Origin: Thraustochytrium aureum
Taxonomy: Eukaryota
NCBI GenBank assembly: GCA_012862495.1
Contig: BLSG01000421.1
Location: 169,065 to 233,064, forward strand
Length of the DNA stretch: 64,000 nt
Reading direction: 5' to 3'
The number at the start of each line of letters is the position of its first letter. Positions within the stretch are counted from its first letter, which is position 1. The notes under the pieces are model-generated. The model had not been told where the DNA came from and made no database searches. It saw nothing but the letters and a program-made list of their open reading frames with translations. The translations under genes were made by a program, and so were the position numbers. Shown piece after piece: positions 20,124 to 31,660 of this stretch.

Positions 20124-23100
20124 ATGGGGGCGATGGCGTCGGCAAGGGCAGCAGGGTGGTCGGGTCGGCGGACTTTGTTCGGCCCACCGTCCCCGTTGAC
20201 CTGCCCAGTTTTGACGGCGTCATGGTGGAGGTCGAAGGCGTGCGGTGCGCCATGCCGTTCAAGGTCAAGGTCGGCGTGCGACGCCAAGAGGACGTGGAGG
20301 CGGTTCATGCCGCCGCGCACAAGTGCGTTGAGGAGGTGTTTCAGGTCGTCGAGGACACGTTCAGCTTGTACAAGGAGGACAGCGAACTGAGTCGGGTGAA
20401 CAAGCTCGACGCTGGCGTTGAGCACGCGATGTCGCCCGCGCTCGCCCAAGTTGTGCATGCAGCGAAAGAGATGTTCAACTCGACCCGTGGCGTATTTGAC
20501 CCCGCGATCGGGCCCCTGCTGCGCCACTACGCCGCCAAAGCCGAGCAGCAGGTCGCAGGCGGGGCGGGCGAGGCTGCGGACAGCCGAGCCTTGGTCCTGG
20601 GTCGGCGAGCTATCGGGCACTGGAAGGCCCTGGCGTCCCGCGGGTTTGGTGCGTCGCCAGACGGCTCCCTTTCCCGCGCCGCTGAGCGCGTGCGCGCCTT
20701 TAGCGAGCTGCGAGCGGCGTTCGAGGTGNNNNNNNNNNNNNNNNNNNNNNNNNNNNNNNNNNNNNNNNNNNNNNNNNNNNNNNNNNNNNNNNNNNNNNNN
20801 NNNNNNNNNNNNNNNNNNNNNNNNNNNNNNNNNNNNNNNNNNNNNNNNNNNNNNNNNNNNNNNNNNNNNNNNNNNNNNNNNNNNNNNNNNNNNNNNNNNN
20901 NNNNNNNNNNNNNNNNNNNNNNNNNNNNNNNNNNNNNNNNNNNNNNNNNNNNNNNNNNNNNNNNNNNNNNNNNNNNNNNNNNNNNNNNNNNNNNNNNNNN
21001 NNNNNNNNNNNNNNNNNNNNNNNNNNNNNNNNNNNNNNNNNNNNNNNNNNNNNNNNNNNNNNNNNNNNNNNNNNNNNNNNNNNNNNNNNNNNNNNNNNNN
21101 NNNNNNNNNNNNNNNNNNNNNNNNNNNNNNNNNNNNNNNNNNNNNNNNNNNNNNNNNNNNNNNNNNNNNNNNNNNNNNNNNNNNNNNNNNNNNNNNNNNN
21201 NNNNNNNNNNNNNNNNNNNNNNNNNNNNNNNNNNNNNNNNNNNNNNNNNNNNNNNNNNNNNNNNNNNNNNNNNTTGGATTCTTAATCATGAAGACGTTGC
21301 GCGAGGCCGTAGACACCGAGTATGCCGGGAGAATCGAGGTCCGGACGGGGTGCCATGTCACCGGCCTCTTGCACGAGGAGTCGGCGGGCCTTAAAACGGT
21401 GACAGGGGTTGAGTTTCGGCAGGACGGCAAGGACCCAGAATCGCTGGCAGCAGATGGCGTGGTGCTGGCGACCGGCGGGTTTGGGTGCGACCGCTCCGCG
21501 AACGGGCTGATGGCCAAACACCGGCCGGACCTCGTTGGCACGCCAACGACGAACGGGGCCTTTGCCGTGGGCGAGGGCGTGCTCATGGGGGCTGCCCTTG
21601 GCGCCAACTTGGTGGACATGGACAAGGTTCAGCTTCACCCAACCGGTTTTGTCGACCCGAAAGACCCCGGCAACCCGACAAAGTACCTGGCGCCCGAGGC
21701 GATCCGCGGCAGCGGCGGCGTGCTTGTCAACTCAAGGGGTGAGCGTTTCGTGGACGAGCTCGACCTGCGCAGCGTGGTGGCCGCTGCCATCCAAAAGCAC
21801 TGCCAGCCGTACCGGGACGCCACGGGCTTCGAGGGCCCTCCGTTCGCTTGGTGCATTCTCAGCCGCGAGGCGCAAGACCTGTTTGGGCTGCCCGTCCTTG
21901 GGTTTTACAAGGACCGTTTGGGCCTGTTTGAGGAGTGCGCCGACGTCGAGGCTTGCGCCGCGACGATCGGCTGCGACCCCTCGCAGCTCAAGGCCACTCT
22001 CGCCGAGTACGCAGCGGCGCGGGAGAACGGGGCCTGTGTGCGAACGGGCAAGTACGTGTTCCCGAGCGCGCTGTCCGACTCGGACACCGGGCTGGTCATC
22101 GCGCGCGTGACGCCATCGATCCACTACACCATGGGCGGGCTGGACATTAACGCCGCAGCCGAGGTGCAGGAGCTCATTCCCACCAAGGTTGTAGGCGGGC
22201 ACCGCCACATTCGCAGGCTTTTTGCGGCCGGCGAGTGCACTGGCGGCGTGCACGGCAACAACCGGCTCGGCGGCAACAGCCTGCTTGAATGCGTCGTGTT
22301 TGGCCGCATCGCCGGCGAGCGCGCCGCGACGCTGCTCAACCCGAGAGCGAGCCTCTTTGGCGACGCCGACCACGCGGCGGCGCCTGGGGGCGAGCAAGAG
22401 GCCGACGAAGTGGGCTGGGTTCCGGTTGTGATGCGGGAAGTGCGCAACACAGACCTTAAGTATGGCAAAAGCACGCGAGAAATTCGCTTCAATCTCCACA
22501 GCGCGCTGCAGAGCTCGGGCCTCAAGGTGGGCCAGTACATTGCCCTGCGCGGCGAGCTGGACGGCGAGACGCTGCTGGGCTACTTTAGCCCAATCACGCG
22601 CCCCGAGGACGAGGGGGTGATCGGGATCCTGTGCCGTGTTGACGACAAGGGCGGCCCGATCGTGCGGCTTCTCGAGTACCTTCGGCCGGGGAGCGTGCTG
22701 CAGATGCGAGCCATGGGCGGTCTGCGCCTCGAGTTTGGCCCCAGAGGCGTCACGTGGAAGGGGCGCGCAATCAAGCGGCTGGGCCTCCTCGCCGGCGGCA
22801 CGGGCATCGCGCCGATGATCCAGCTCATCCGCGAGTTCATTCGCAAGGAAAGCGAGTCAGGTGCTCCGATCGACAGCCCGCCTGGCGCACCTGTGCCGCT
22901 CAACCTCGTCTTCGCCGCCGAGGAGGAGTCAGACCTGGCGTATGTCAAGATTCTTGAGGACCTGCGGGACAACTTTCCGCGGCTCTTCCGCTTCTACCTC
23001 ATCCTGAACCGCCCCCCGCTCGGTTGGACCGAAGGTGTGGGTTTCGTCAAGCCCACCAACATCAAGAAGAACCTCTTTTTACCCGCCTGCGAACGACCAG

Positions 23101-23208
23101 CTCGTGGTCATCTGCGGCCCTCCCGTCTTCGAGGGCATCATGATCAAGACGGTCGACCGCCTCGGCTTCGCGCCCGAGCTCTACTACGGCTACTCGCAGG
23201 ACACGTAG
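20124..23208 (+). CDS. FRD: NADH-dependent fumarate reductase: ApbE flavin transferase + FAD fumarate reductase + cytochrome-b5-reductase-like domain (N-gap; homopolymer frameshifts near 20128 and 23078)
   Basis: ApbE: FSLYKEDSELSRVN...GVFDPAIGPL. FRD: LATGGF, VQLHPTG, EAIRGSGG, IHYTMGG, GGVHGNNRLGGNSLLECVVFG. b5R: GQYIALRG, AGGTGIAPM, ICGPP (after frameshift). Ends YSQDT-TAG. Confidence 0.9.
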
Positions 23209-23792
23209 CGAACGAACGACGCGCCTCTAGCCCATGCCCAGCGTTCAACCACTACTTAGCTCAGTGAGCAAGTCAACCCCATCTGCCGTCCACATTTGTC
23301 GTGCCGGCGTTGCTCAGCCCGCAGCTCACTCCTCAACCAGAGCAACGAACAGCAGCTCTGCGCTGGTAGCTCTGCGCTGGTAGCTCTGCGCGGTTTGGCC
23401 AAGACCACCAACCGAAGAACGCGCCGCAGAACAGCTCAACTCCGGGACCTTCTTGATCTTGTCGGCAGAGCGAGGCTCGTGCGCGTGGATGGTTGCGCAA
23501 GTACGTACCGGCTGCGCGGCCGTGCGCGTTGCGGTGGGTGGCGGTTTGGCCATCCATCGATCCATCCGTCCCGTCATTCTCGTCGGGCGTTTGTCGTCCA
23601 TTTTTGTCGTCGCGCTCTGCCTTCGTTTCATACAGGAGGAGTGACGAGTAGTAGATGTCGCGAAAGGCCACGGCAGGCCTCGAAAGCAAGCTGGGTCGCG
23701 GCGCATTGGAGCTGCTCGCGAGGAGATTGCCGGCAGAGACAGGCTAGTCGGTAGGCAGGCTGGTAGAGCGGGCGTCGCAGCGGGTCTTCGAC

Positions 23793-24569
23793 ATGTTGCG
23801 CAGGATCCAGCAAGATCTGGCTCGAAGATACGGGAAGCGGCACGTCTCGGTGGTCAAGCTTTCCGGTATCCTCGTCGACTCGACGCCGCCAAGGGCGAAT
23901 GAGCTCAGTCTGGCGAGGTTTGACAAGCCACTGAGGAGCGCGTTCGCGAGCAACCCGAAGGCCGTGGCCCTCGCTATCAACAGCCCCGGAGGCTCTGCGG
24001 TCCAGAGCCAGCTGGTGGTGAGCCGCATCAAAGGGCTGCAAACGCAGTACGAAACGATCTACGGCGGCAAGATCCCTGTCATCGCATTCGTAGAGGATCT
24101 GGCCGCGAGCGGCGGGTACTACATCAGCTGCGCCGCCGAGAAGATCGTCTGCGACAGGTCGTCGATTCTCGGCAGCATCGGCGTGATCCACGCCTCGTTC
24201 GGGTTTACTGGCCTAATGGAAAAGTGGGGCATCGAACGCCGGGTCGAGACGGCTGGGAAAAGCAAGAGCCAGCTCGACCCCTTTGCGCCGCGCAACGAGG
24301 AGGACGTAGCCCACGTGCGCGAGCAGCTCGCGAGCATCCACGCCGCATTCATCGACACGGTCAAGCTCGCTCGTGGCGACAAGCTCGCGGCAGACGATGA
24401 TACTCTTTTCAATGGCAAGTACTGGACAGGCGAGCAGGCCATCAAGCTCGGCCTGGCAGACGAGATCGGGAACCTCCACTCGTACTGCAGCAAGCACTTT
24501 GGCGACGACCAAGGGCACATTCCGCTTCGGCAGTACAAGCCGGCGAGTGTGTTTCCCTTTGGCGGCTGA
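23793..24569 (+). CDS. S49 family serine peptidase (SppA/SohB-like)
   Basis: INSPGGS, AASGGYYISCAA, GSIGV, AGKSK, GLADEIG. Confidence 0.9.
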   Translation: MLRRIQQDLARRYGKRHVSVVKLSGILVDSTPPRANELSLARFDKPLRSAFASNPKAVALAINSPGGSAVQSQLVVSRIKGLQTQYETIYGGKIPVIAFVEDLAASGGYYISCAAEKIVCDRSSILGSIGVIHASFGFTGLMEKWGIERRVETAGKSKSQLDPFAPRNEEDVAHVREQLASIHAAFIDTVKLARGDKLAADDDTLFNGKYWTGEQAIKLGLADEIGNLHSYCSKHFGDDQGHIPLRQYKPASVFPFGG

Positions 24570-24759
24570 GCTGTGCAGGTAGGTAGGTAGAAAGGAAGGC
24601 AGGCAAGCAGGCAGGCAGTTGCGGTGCCGCGCTGACCCGCTTCCTGGGCGCCCGCTTGGGTCTCTGCACGGAGGGTAAAAAAGAAATCTACGTGGTACCA
24701 ATGTTCAAAGGAGGGCAGCGCGTCCGCGCCCTGTGGGAAGAGCTGCTTGCGCCGGCAGC

Positions 24760-26308
24760 TCAAGAGCCCATGCACTCGTCCAATATTTCTGCAAGCGCGC
24801 TGGCATACTCTGACGCAAGCGCGCCCGTCGCGTTGACGGCGGGGCGCAACACATCCTGAAAGCCGCGCAACGGGTGGGACTCGAGAACCGTCAGGTGCGC
24901 CATGCGGCTGTCTCGAGGGTCCTCGTGCACGATGATCCCGACGAGCACCTTGTCCTCGTTCATGGATTGGCTCGTCGCCTCGTCGATCCCTGCGAGGTGC
25001 AAGCGTTGCAGGAACGAGGGCGAGCAAGACGTTCGAACACAAACACGCGCCACAGAGCGCTCGGGCATGAGAGCAGCGGCAGCGTCGCCCGGGGGGCGGA
25101 GGGCCGACGGATACACGGCCGTCTCGCGGCGCGCTGCAAGGTAGAAGGCAGGAGCGACACGGCCGTCTCGCGAGACGACAGAGTTTACCTTGGCAAGGCG
25201 CACCGCCGCCCCAAAGTTGTGGGTGCGGCTGCCGAGACCGAGATCCACAGGGAAACTGACGACTCGCGACCCGTCCGCTGTGCGCATGCTCTTGGCCGGG
25301 TCTGCAATCCAGGCCCAGACTGCGTCGCTGAGAGCGGCAGCGGAGCGCGGCACGAGCATGTCGAAGCGAACATTGACTCGCTGGGCGTGCTCGAAGCGCT
25401 CGGTGCCCTCCGGGAGGAGCTGGAATCGAAAGTCCGTGGGCAGCCGGCCCGTGTAGAAAGGGCGACCGTAGCGCCACTGCAGGCTGGCGTAGCCAGAGCC
25501 CAACACCCTGCTGATGCAGCTGTCGACAGCCGTTCCGAGGATCTGGGCCCGCTCGTCGGGACCCAGCGCGAGCTGGGAGTCGATCTGCTGCGAGACGCCA
25601 AGGATGGCACGAACTGCCATGCGGTGCTTGTCAACTTGGGCGCGGAGAAAGTGGTTCTCGGTCTCGAGGTCCTGGAGCCCCTGGTGGCGGAACATTTGGG
25701 CTTCGTTCTGGAGCTCTGCGATGCGAGATCGGTACAGGTCGCGGTCGCGCTCCATCTGCAGGTTTCGCTGCATGAGCGTGTGCATCTCGCGCTTGCGCTT
25801 CTCGCGAAACTGCTTGCAGGCCAGGCGGTTGCGGTCCCGGTCCCGTTTGGCGATTGGACGGCGATGCCGGCCGGCTCCAGTGGGCTCGTTGGGGCCTCCT
25901 GCTCCGCTGCTCTGGCCGGGCCACGAGCTTTCCTCATCCTCCTCTTCCTCGTCGTTCTCCAAGCTCGTCGAGTCGGAGCGCGTCGTCAAGGCGCGCGGGA
26001 TGCTGTCGAGCTGGAGGTTGCTGCGCAGCATTGCTTCGCCGACCGCAAGCTTGCTCTCACTAATGCGACCGAGCTGGCTCAGCGAATGCCATGCGCCGTG
26101 GTCGACGGCGTTGCTGGAGGCGGCGGCGGCCACAGCGGCAGCAGCAAAGTGAGGGTGAACCATGGTGCCGTACGATGGCGTTGCCGATTGCGCGCCGAAG
26201 AACTCATCGTGGCTTGAGGTGAAGCTGGCGAGGGTTGGGCTCACGAGGCGCTGACGCTTTGACGGGCTCCACGGCAACACCGGCCCAAGTTGGTGGCTGT
26301 TGATGGCG

Positions 26309-26346
<38 letters not shown>

Positions 26347-26394
26347 GATGTGGTGTTGGTGTTGGTGGTTGTGGTGGTGGTTGTAGTTGGCCAT
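24760..26394 (-). CDS. bZIP transcription factor with poly-His/Asn N-terminus and uncharacterised C-terminal domain
   Basis: KRDRDRNRLACKQFREKRKREMHTLMQRNLQMERDRDLYRSRIAEL basic region plus zipper; ATG at 26394 (an extension into the gap is possible). Confidence 0.8.
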
Positions 26395-29300
26395 GCCTGC
26401 TTCCGACCAGTCGGCAAGCCTGTCGGTTGCCGCTGAAGAGGCAGACGCAAGAGACGCGGACCGTTCGACAGGTTTTGCGCCACGCGGGTGCTCTGGCCTA
26501 GGAATCNNNNNNNNNNNNNNNNNNNNNNNNNNNNNNNNNNNNNNNNNNNNNNNNNNNNNNNNNNNNNNNNNNNNNNNNNNNNNNNNNNNNNNNNNNNNNN
26601 NNNNNNNNNNNNNNNNNNNNNNNNNNNNNNNNNNNNNNNNNNNNNNNNNNNNNNNNNNNNNNNNNNNNNNNNNNNNNNNNNNNNNNNGGTGCTGGAGGCC
26701 CCGCGTGTTGCGACAGACCATCTCACGGCTGCTGCAGCCGTGGCGGAGCCTGCCTTGGCTTGCCTTGAGCGATCCTCGTTTCGGTGCACGGTTAATGATC
26801 GACTAGAGTGATGTTGAGGGCAAGAGCGCAACCTTGGCGCGCTGGTGTGGTCGCTGCGGCTTGGTTGTGAGTTTTTCTTGAAGAAGAGCGTTTTGTGCTC
26901 TGCTATGGCACCTGACTTTGTCTATTTCTCGACACGCGTCACGGTCCCAGAGCGTGTACGTACTCACTGCGGCGACGAAAGGTAGGTAGTTAGAAACGAC
27001 GTGCTGCGCGGCGAATTGGGTTTCTGGACCCCAAGCAACAAACACAGCCAACCTGTCCCAAGCCCAACCAAACCCTCTCGACCCAGCCGCCGCCCCTCCC
27101 TTCCTTCCCCTTCGCAGGAGCGAGAGAGAAGAAGAACGCCGGATTACAGCGCGCTTCCTCAACTTGATGGCCTTGGTCTTCCTCCCTTCCGCCCACGCCG
27201 ATGGGTCCAACGCGCGCCAGAGTGAGCATGTGCAGCCTGGTTCGGCTTGGGCGCGACAGAGCGAGCACGCGCAGCTTTGCGACTTGGACGGCGATTTGCT
27301 GGAGCCCGAGTTGTTTGTAGCTGTATCTGACTCTTCCAACCGTGCTGTACCCAAACCCAGCGCACGTCTGGAAGCTCGGCCTTGTCGAACTGGCTTTAGT
27401 GCAGCGCTACGCCCGATGCAAGCATGCCGTCCTCCTCGTTTTTATGCGTGAGGTCTCGCTCGACAAGTGCTGGCGCCTGGATCTGCGCGATGCGCTCATG
27501 CTCGCTTTAGGCGAGAGCGATTCCATGCTGCGCAGACAGGGCCTGGCCCACTTCCGAGCAGATAGGCCTTCGGATCCGAGTCGAACGAAGCAGGGCTTCC
27601 GTGGAAGGAAAACTGAATGAATAGTCGAGTCGAGTCGAGTCGATCGGCTCGTCTCGTCCTGTGCACGCGCGGGGCTCGGAGAGCCAACGAACGAACGAGG
27701 CCAGCCGAAGGAGGGAGGGAAGGAACGAAGGACAGTACAGTACCTCTGATGAGTCCTTGCAAGGGCCGGCCATGACGAGGCTCAAGATGCCTCGCGACTT
27801 GATGGAGAGATGAAAACTCGGCGCTCGCATGTGGGCACTGAAGCCCCTCACACCAGCCCGAGTTCTCTAGCTGGAGCAAGAGCAAAGGCGAGAAGCAACC
27901 CAAACCCCACCGAAGTGTACGTACCTAGGAAAGGAGACCCTCCTGTCTCCTCGGCCCAGCGTTGCGAGCTGCTGGAGCAACTGCAGTGCTGTGCGTGCTG
28001 CTGGCCTTTCCCGTCCAGCCTGGGTCAAGACCATTCGTCCGTCAGCGTCAATGCGTTTCAGTTTGGCTTGAGAGCAAGCAGCCAGCAATTTGGGCCCCTT
28101 CTCCCTCCCGAATTCGCACGCAAACCCTCTCGTCCGCCGCGCGTGCAGCGAGCAAACGAGCACACTCGCCGGGCCACGCCCACAACGCCTCGGCGCTCAA
28201 CCGCATCGACACGCAAGCAACGCAGCGCCGCAATCGAACACAACAGCCGGACGGTCGATTCCAGCGCCTCGAGAGCAAGCGTGTGGGTCGGCGCGCAAAA
28301 CATCCGCCTTGTCCACAGCGCGTGGCGTTGCGTGGCGTTGCGAGGCGTTGCTTGACAAGCGCGGAGCGCGACCGTTTGGCTGTGCACGCTTGATCGATGC
28401 TGACGCGGCAGACGGCTGGGGCGCGAGATCGACCATCACAACTCTCGAGCGGCAGCCAGTCGCCGCCCGTCGAGCGGGCTGCTGCGCCCAGCCAGCCGAG
28501 CGAGGCGGTTGGTTGATGCTCGCAGCATTCCCTTCCACCTCCCTCCCGCCCTCCCTTCCTTCCTTTCTTTCGTTCGACGGCGAGCGTGCGCGGTCCAGGC
28601 GCTTGTCGTCGGCCAGCCAGGCCAATCCACCACCATCCACCAAGCTTGACTTACAAATCGCAGTGTGAGAGGCCCGCGGTGGGCGGCCGGTGGCTGGATC
28701 CGGCACCTCGCCCGCCGTCAAGGGCGCCGAGTCTATCCACACTTGCCTTGTGGCTCGCCGATCTCGCGCCTCCTTCTTCTTCTTCCTGGTCGGTCTCGTC
28801 ACCTGCGTGCGGTCAAGCAAGCACGCACGCACGCAGCAGGCAGGCAGGCAGGCAGGCAAGCGGCCACTCGATAGATAGCGGGCGCGCGCCAAACAAAAGC
28901 GCCGCCAGCGCGCCGGCCGGCCTTCCGCCCGCCTCGCTGGCCCGCGCTGGAGGGCAGGAGAGCAGGAGGGCAGGCGGTCGGCGCGCGCGGCGAGCGTTGT
29001 GCGGCGCTCGAGGCGCTCGCTCTGCCGTGGCGGCGGTACTTGAAGCGGCTAGCGGTGGCTAAGAGGCCTCCACAGCGGTTTATTCGCCCGGCGATCGCCC
29101 CCAGAGCCTCGTGTCCGGCCTGCCCAGGGCCTCCTCTGCGCGGCTCAAGAGTGCCGTGCGGTGCGCTGCAGAGGGGCTTGTGTGAATTCGCTGGGACTCT
29201 GGCGCCTCGTTGCGAGATTGTCGATCGCTTGACGCGAGGTACTGCGAACGGCGCCCGAGCCTGTCGAGTGATCGGTCGGTCGAGCCCTCGGCTGAGCCAG

Positions 29301-31583
29301 CGCTCGGCGCAGCCAGCAAGCGAGCTGTGCCTCGAGAGCGCGGTGCGGCGGGAGCGCGGCGCGGCGAGAGCGCTCGAGGTTGGCCGAAGACTGCGTGGGC
29401 TGTCGAGGTCCTTGCCGATGTTTGGCGTGCTCGGAAGGAGAATTCTGCAGCGCGCCGCGCTGGTCGACCGACCTCCGGCCTACAGCTCGGTTCGTCACGG
29501 AGCCAGCCCGCTGGCGCAATGGACGCCTGCCTGCCTGCCACGGCCCTCGCGGCCGTAGAACGGATTGGCTTGGGCGCTGTTGCAGCAGCGGTGCTCGGCC
29601 CGAGCTCGCCCGGGGCGGGGCGCCTGCTGCTCTCGCTGTGCTGGGCGTCAGCCACCCTTGCTGAGCGCGACTGCGAGCGAGCGCGTTGACTGCCGCGCCC
29701 TCTTGCAACGCTGAAGCGCGCAGCGCGCGATTGGGGACTGCTCAGATCTGGATTGAGGTGAGCCACGGTTGCTTACAGAAGAAAGAGGGCATGTAAGTAA
29801 GCAGTCGTTGCGAGATTGGACCTCCTCAACGAGCAAGTCCCCCCCGGGATCCTCAAGTTGCGCATCAGCCTTGAGCACGTCGATTGCCGAGGCGGGGCTT
29901 CTGTTGCGACAGACCCAGCGCTGTTTACACGATCGCAATGCCGCGGGAGAGTTCTGCCATCATGGCGGTCTCACGGTGAGCTATGCGCTGATGCGTCTTC
30001 GACTTGATGTCTCGGAGCGCCTCTTGCAACCGCTCCTCAGGTCCGTCGCTATGGGCAAGTGACTCATCGCCAGAGCGATAGTGAGGGCGGCCCAGGCAAT
30101 TTGGGCCCCCACTCAGAGCCTCGGCAAGGGCTGGTTGGCGTGCCTGTATGAGTTGATCGTCGTACGTTGTAGGCTTACCGTGCAGCGTGCAACGCGGCCT
30201 ATTCCTCAAAGCCAGCGTCCTCTCGAAAGACGAAAAGCAAGGTCTCAGGCAGTTCTTGCGCTGCGTAGTGAGCGCGCAACGAGGTAAATGCGTTGAGCCA
30301 GCCGTCGAACTCGCCGCAATCAGCTTCGGGGCCGCTCTCTCCTGAGCCCAGAACGGCGCAATTCTTGGAGGGCAGCAGCGCTTTTTCGATTTCGATTGGG
30401 TTTGGCTGCCAGTGGAGCTGCACAGGGCACAACCGCCTTGGTGCGATTGAGGTGTGAGCTTTGGTGCGAAAGATCAAGCGCTCCTGCCGCAGGGCAGGGA
30501 CACAGCGATTGTTTGCTGTTTGCCGCCTCAAGATCTGTCCCTCGCGCGCGCGCAAGGGAAACAAGTGCTTCTTGGCGGGCGGCAGCGGCGAGTGTGTGCT
30601 TGAACAAGTTAGAAGCGCCAGGTCGAGCGGCATCTGGCGTTGGCTCGACCAGCTCACAGCCAGCTTCGTGTTGCCCTGCCAGACCGGGCGTGTCGCACGG
30701 TGCGAGCGAGGGTGCGAAAGCCCGAAGGGTGTGATGGACTGCGGAGAAGTGAAAAGCGTTTTCATGGCAGCCTCGCGATTCTTTCAGTCTCCCTTTCGAC
30801 GAACCGAAATATCGGTACGGTAAGGTACTCGCATCCACCAGCACAAGCAGCGCGGCACGCACAGCGACGGAGTTCTGAGGCGAAATCTCGCAGCGCCCCT
30901 AAGGGCCTCGTGCTCCTCTGCCCGAGTGGCAAACGGGAGGAGACTGGGACTCTCTTGAAGCCGCCTCCTCCCCGTCCCTTGTGAAGAGGACGGGCGGCTA
31001 AAACGTTTGGAGCGGGCTTTGGCGCGCTGCAACCGCTGGCTGAATGAAATGTGAAAAGTCGGGTGTCGATTGCGCCGCTCTTTGCGGCGGATTCCGCGCC
31101 AGAAAGAGTGTCGGCCTGCGCTTGCGATGCTGCCGAAGGCGTGTCGCGCCGGCTGCCGGCAGCCCGTACCTGCGGCTGGTCCGAAAAGTGCCGGCGGGCG
31201 GGTCTCTGCATCGGTGGATCAACATCATCACATGTTTTTACTTGCTTTCTTTACATAACAGGCGTCCCAGTACCGCAAAGCTGCCGATGTGGACGGGCAT
31301 TTCGCGCGGCAAACAAACGGTCGAAAGTCAACTTCGAAACAGCACCAGCGCAGATGAGGATGCGCCTGTGAAGGGAGCGCCCTCACTCTGCTCCGTTTCA
31401 CTGCTCAAGAGCTGCCCGTCTTGACCGCCGGGAGGAGGAAGCTCATGGGAAGGTGTAGAGTAATGAGCGAAAACATCTGGCTTTACGGGCATCGGAGCTG
31501 ACCTTGGGCCGCGGGGTTCCGGGTCCTCTTCTCACGCCGCGGCTTTGGAGCGGCTGCGATGCATCACGCTTCTGTGTGAGCGA

Positions 31584-31660
31584 TGCAGCCTCCTGCTGCT
31601 TGCTTGCTGCAGCCTCCTGCTGCTTGCTTGCTGCTGCTTGCTTGCTGCTTGCTGCAGCGA
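31584..31660. repeat. CTG/GCTT low-complexity repeat including a 24-bp duplication
   Basis: gcagcctcctgctgcttgcttgct occurs twice, followed by degenerate copies. Confidence 0.8.
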
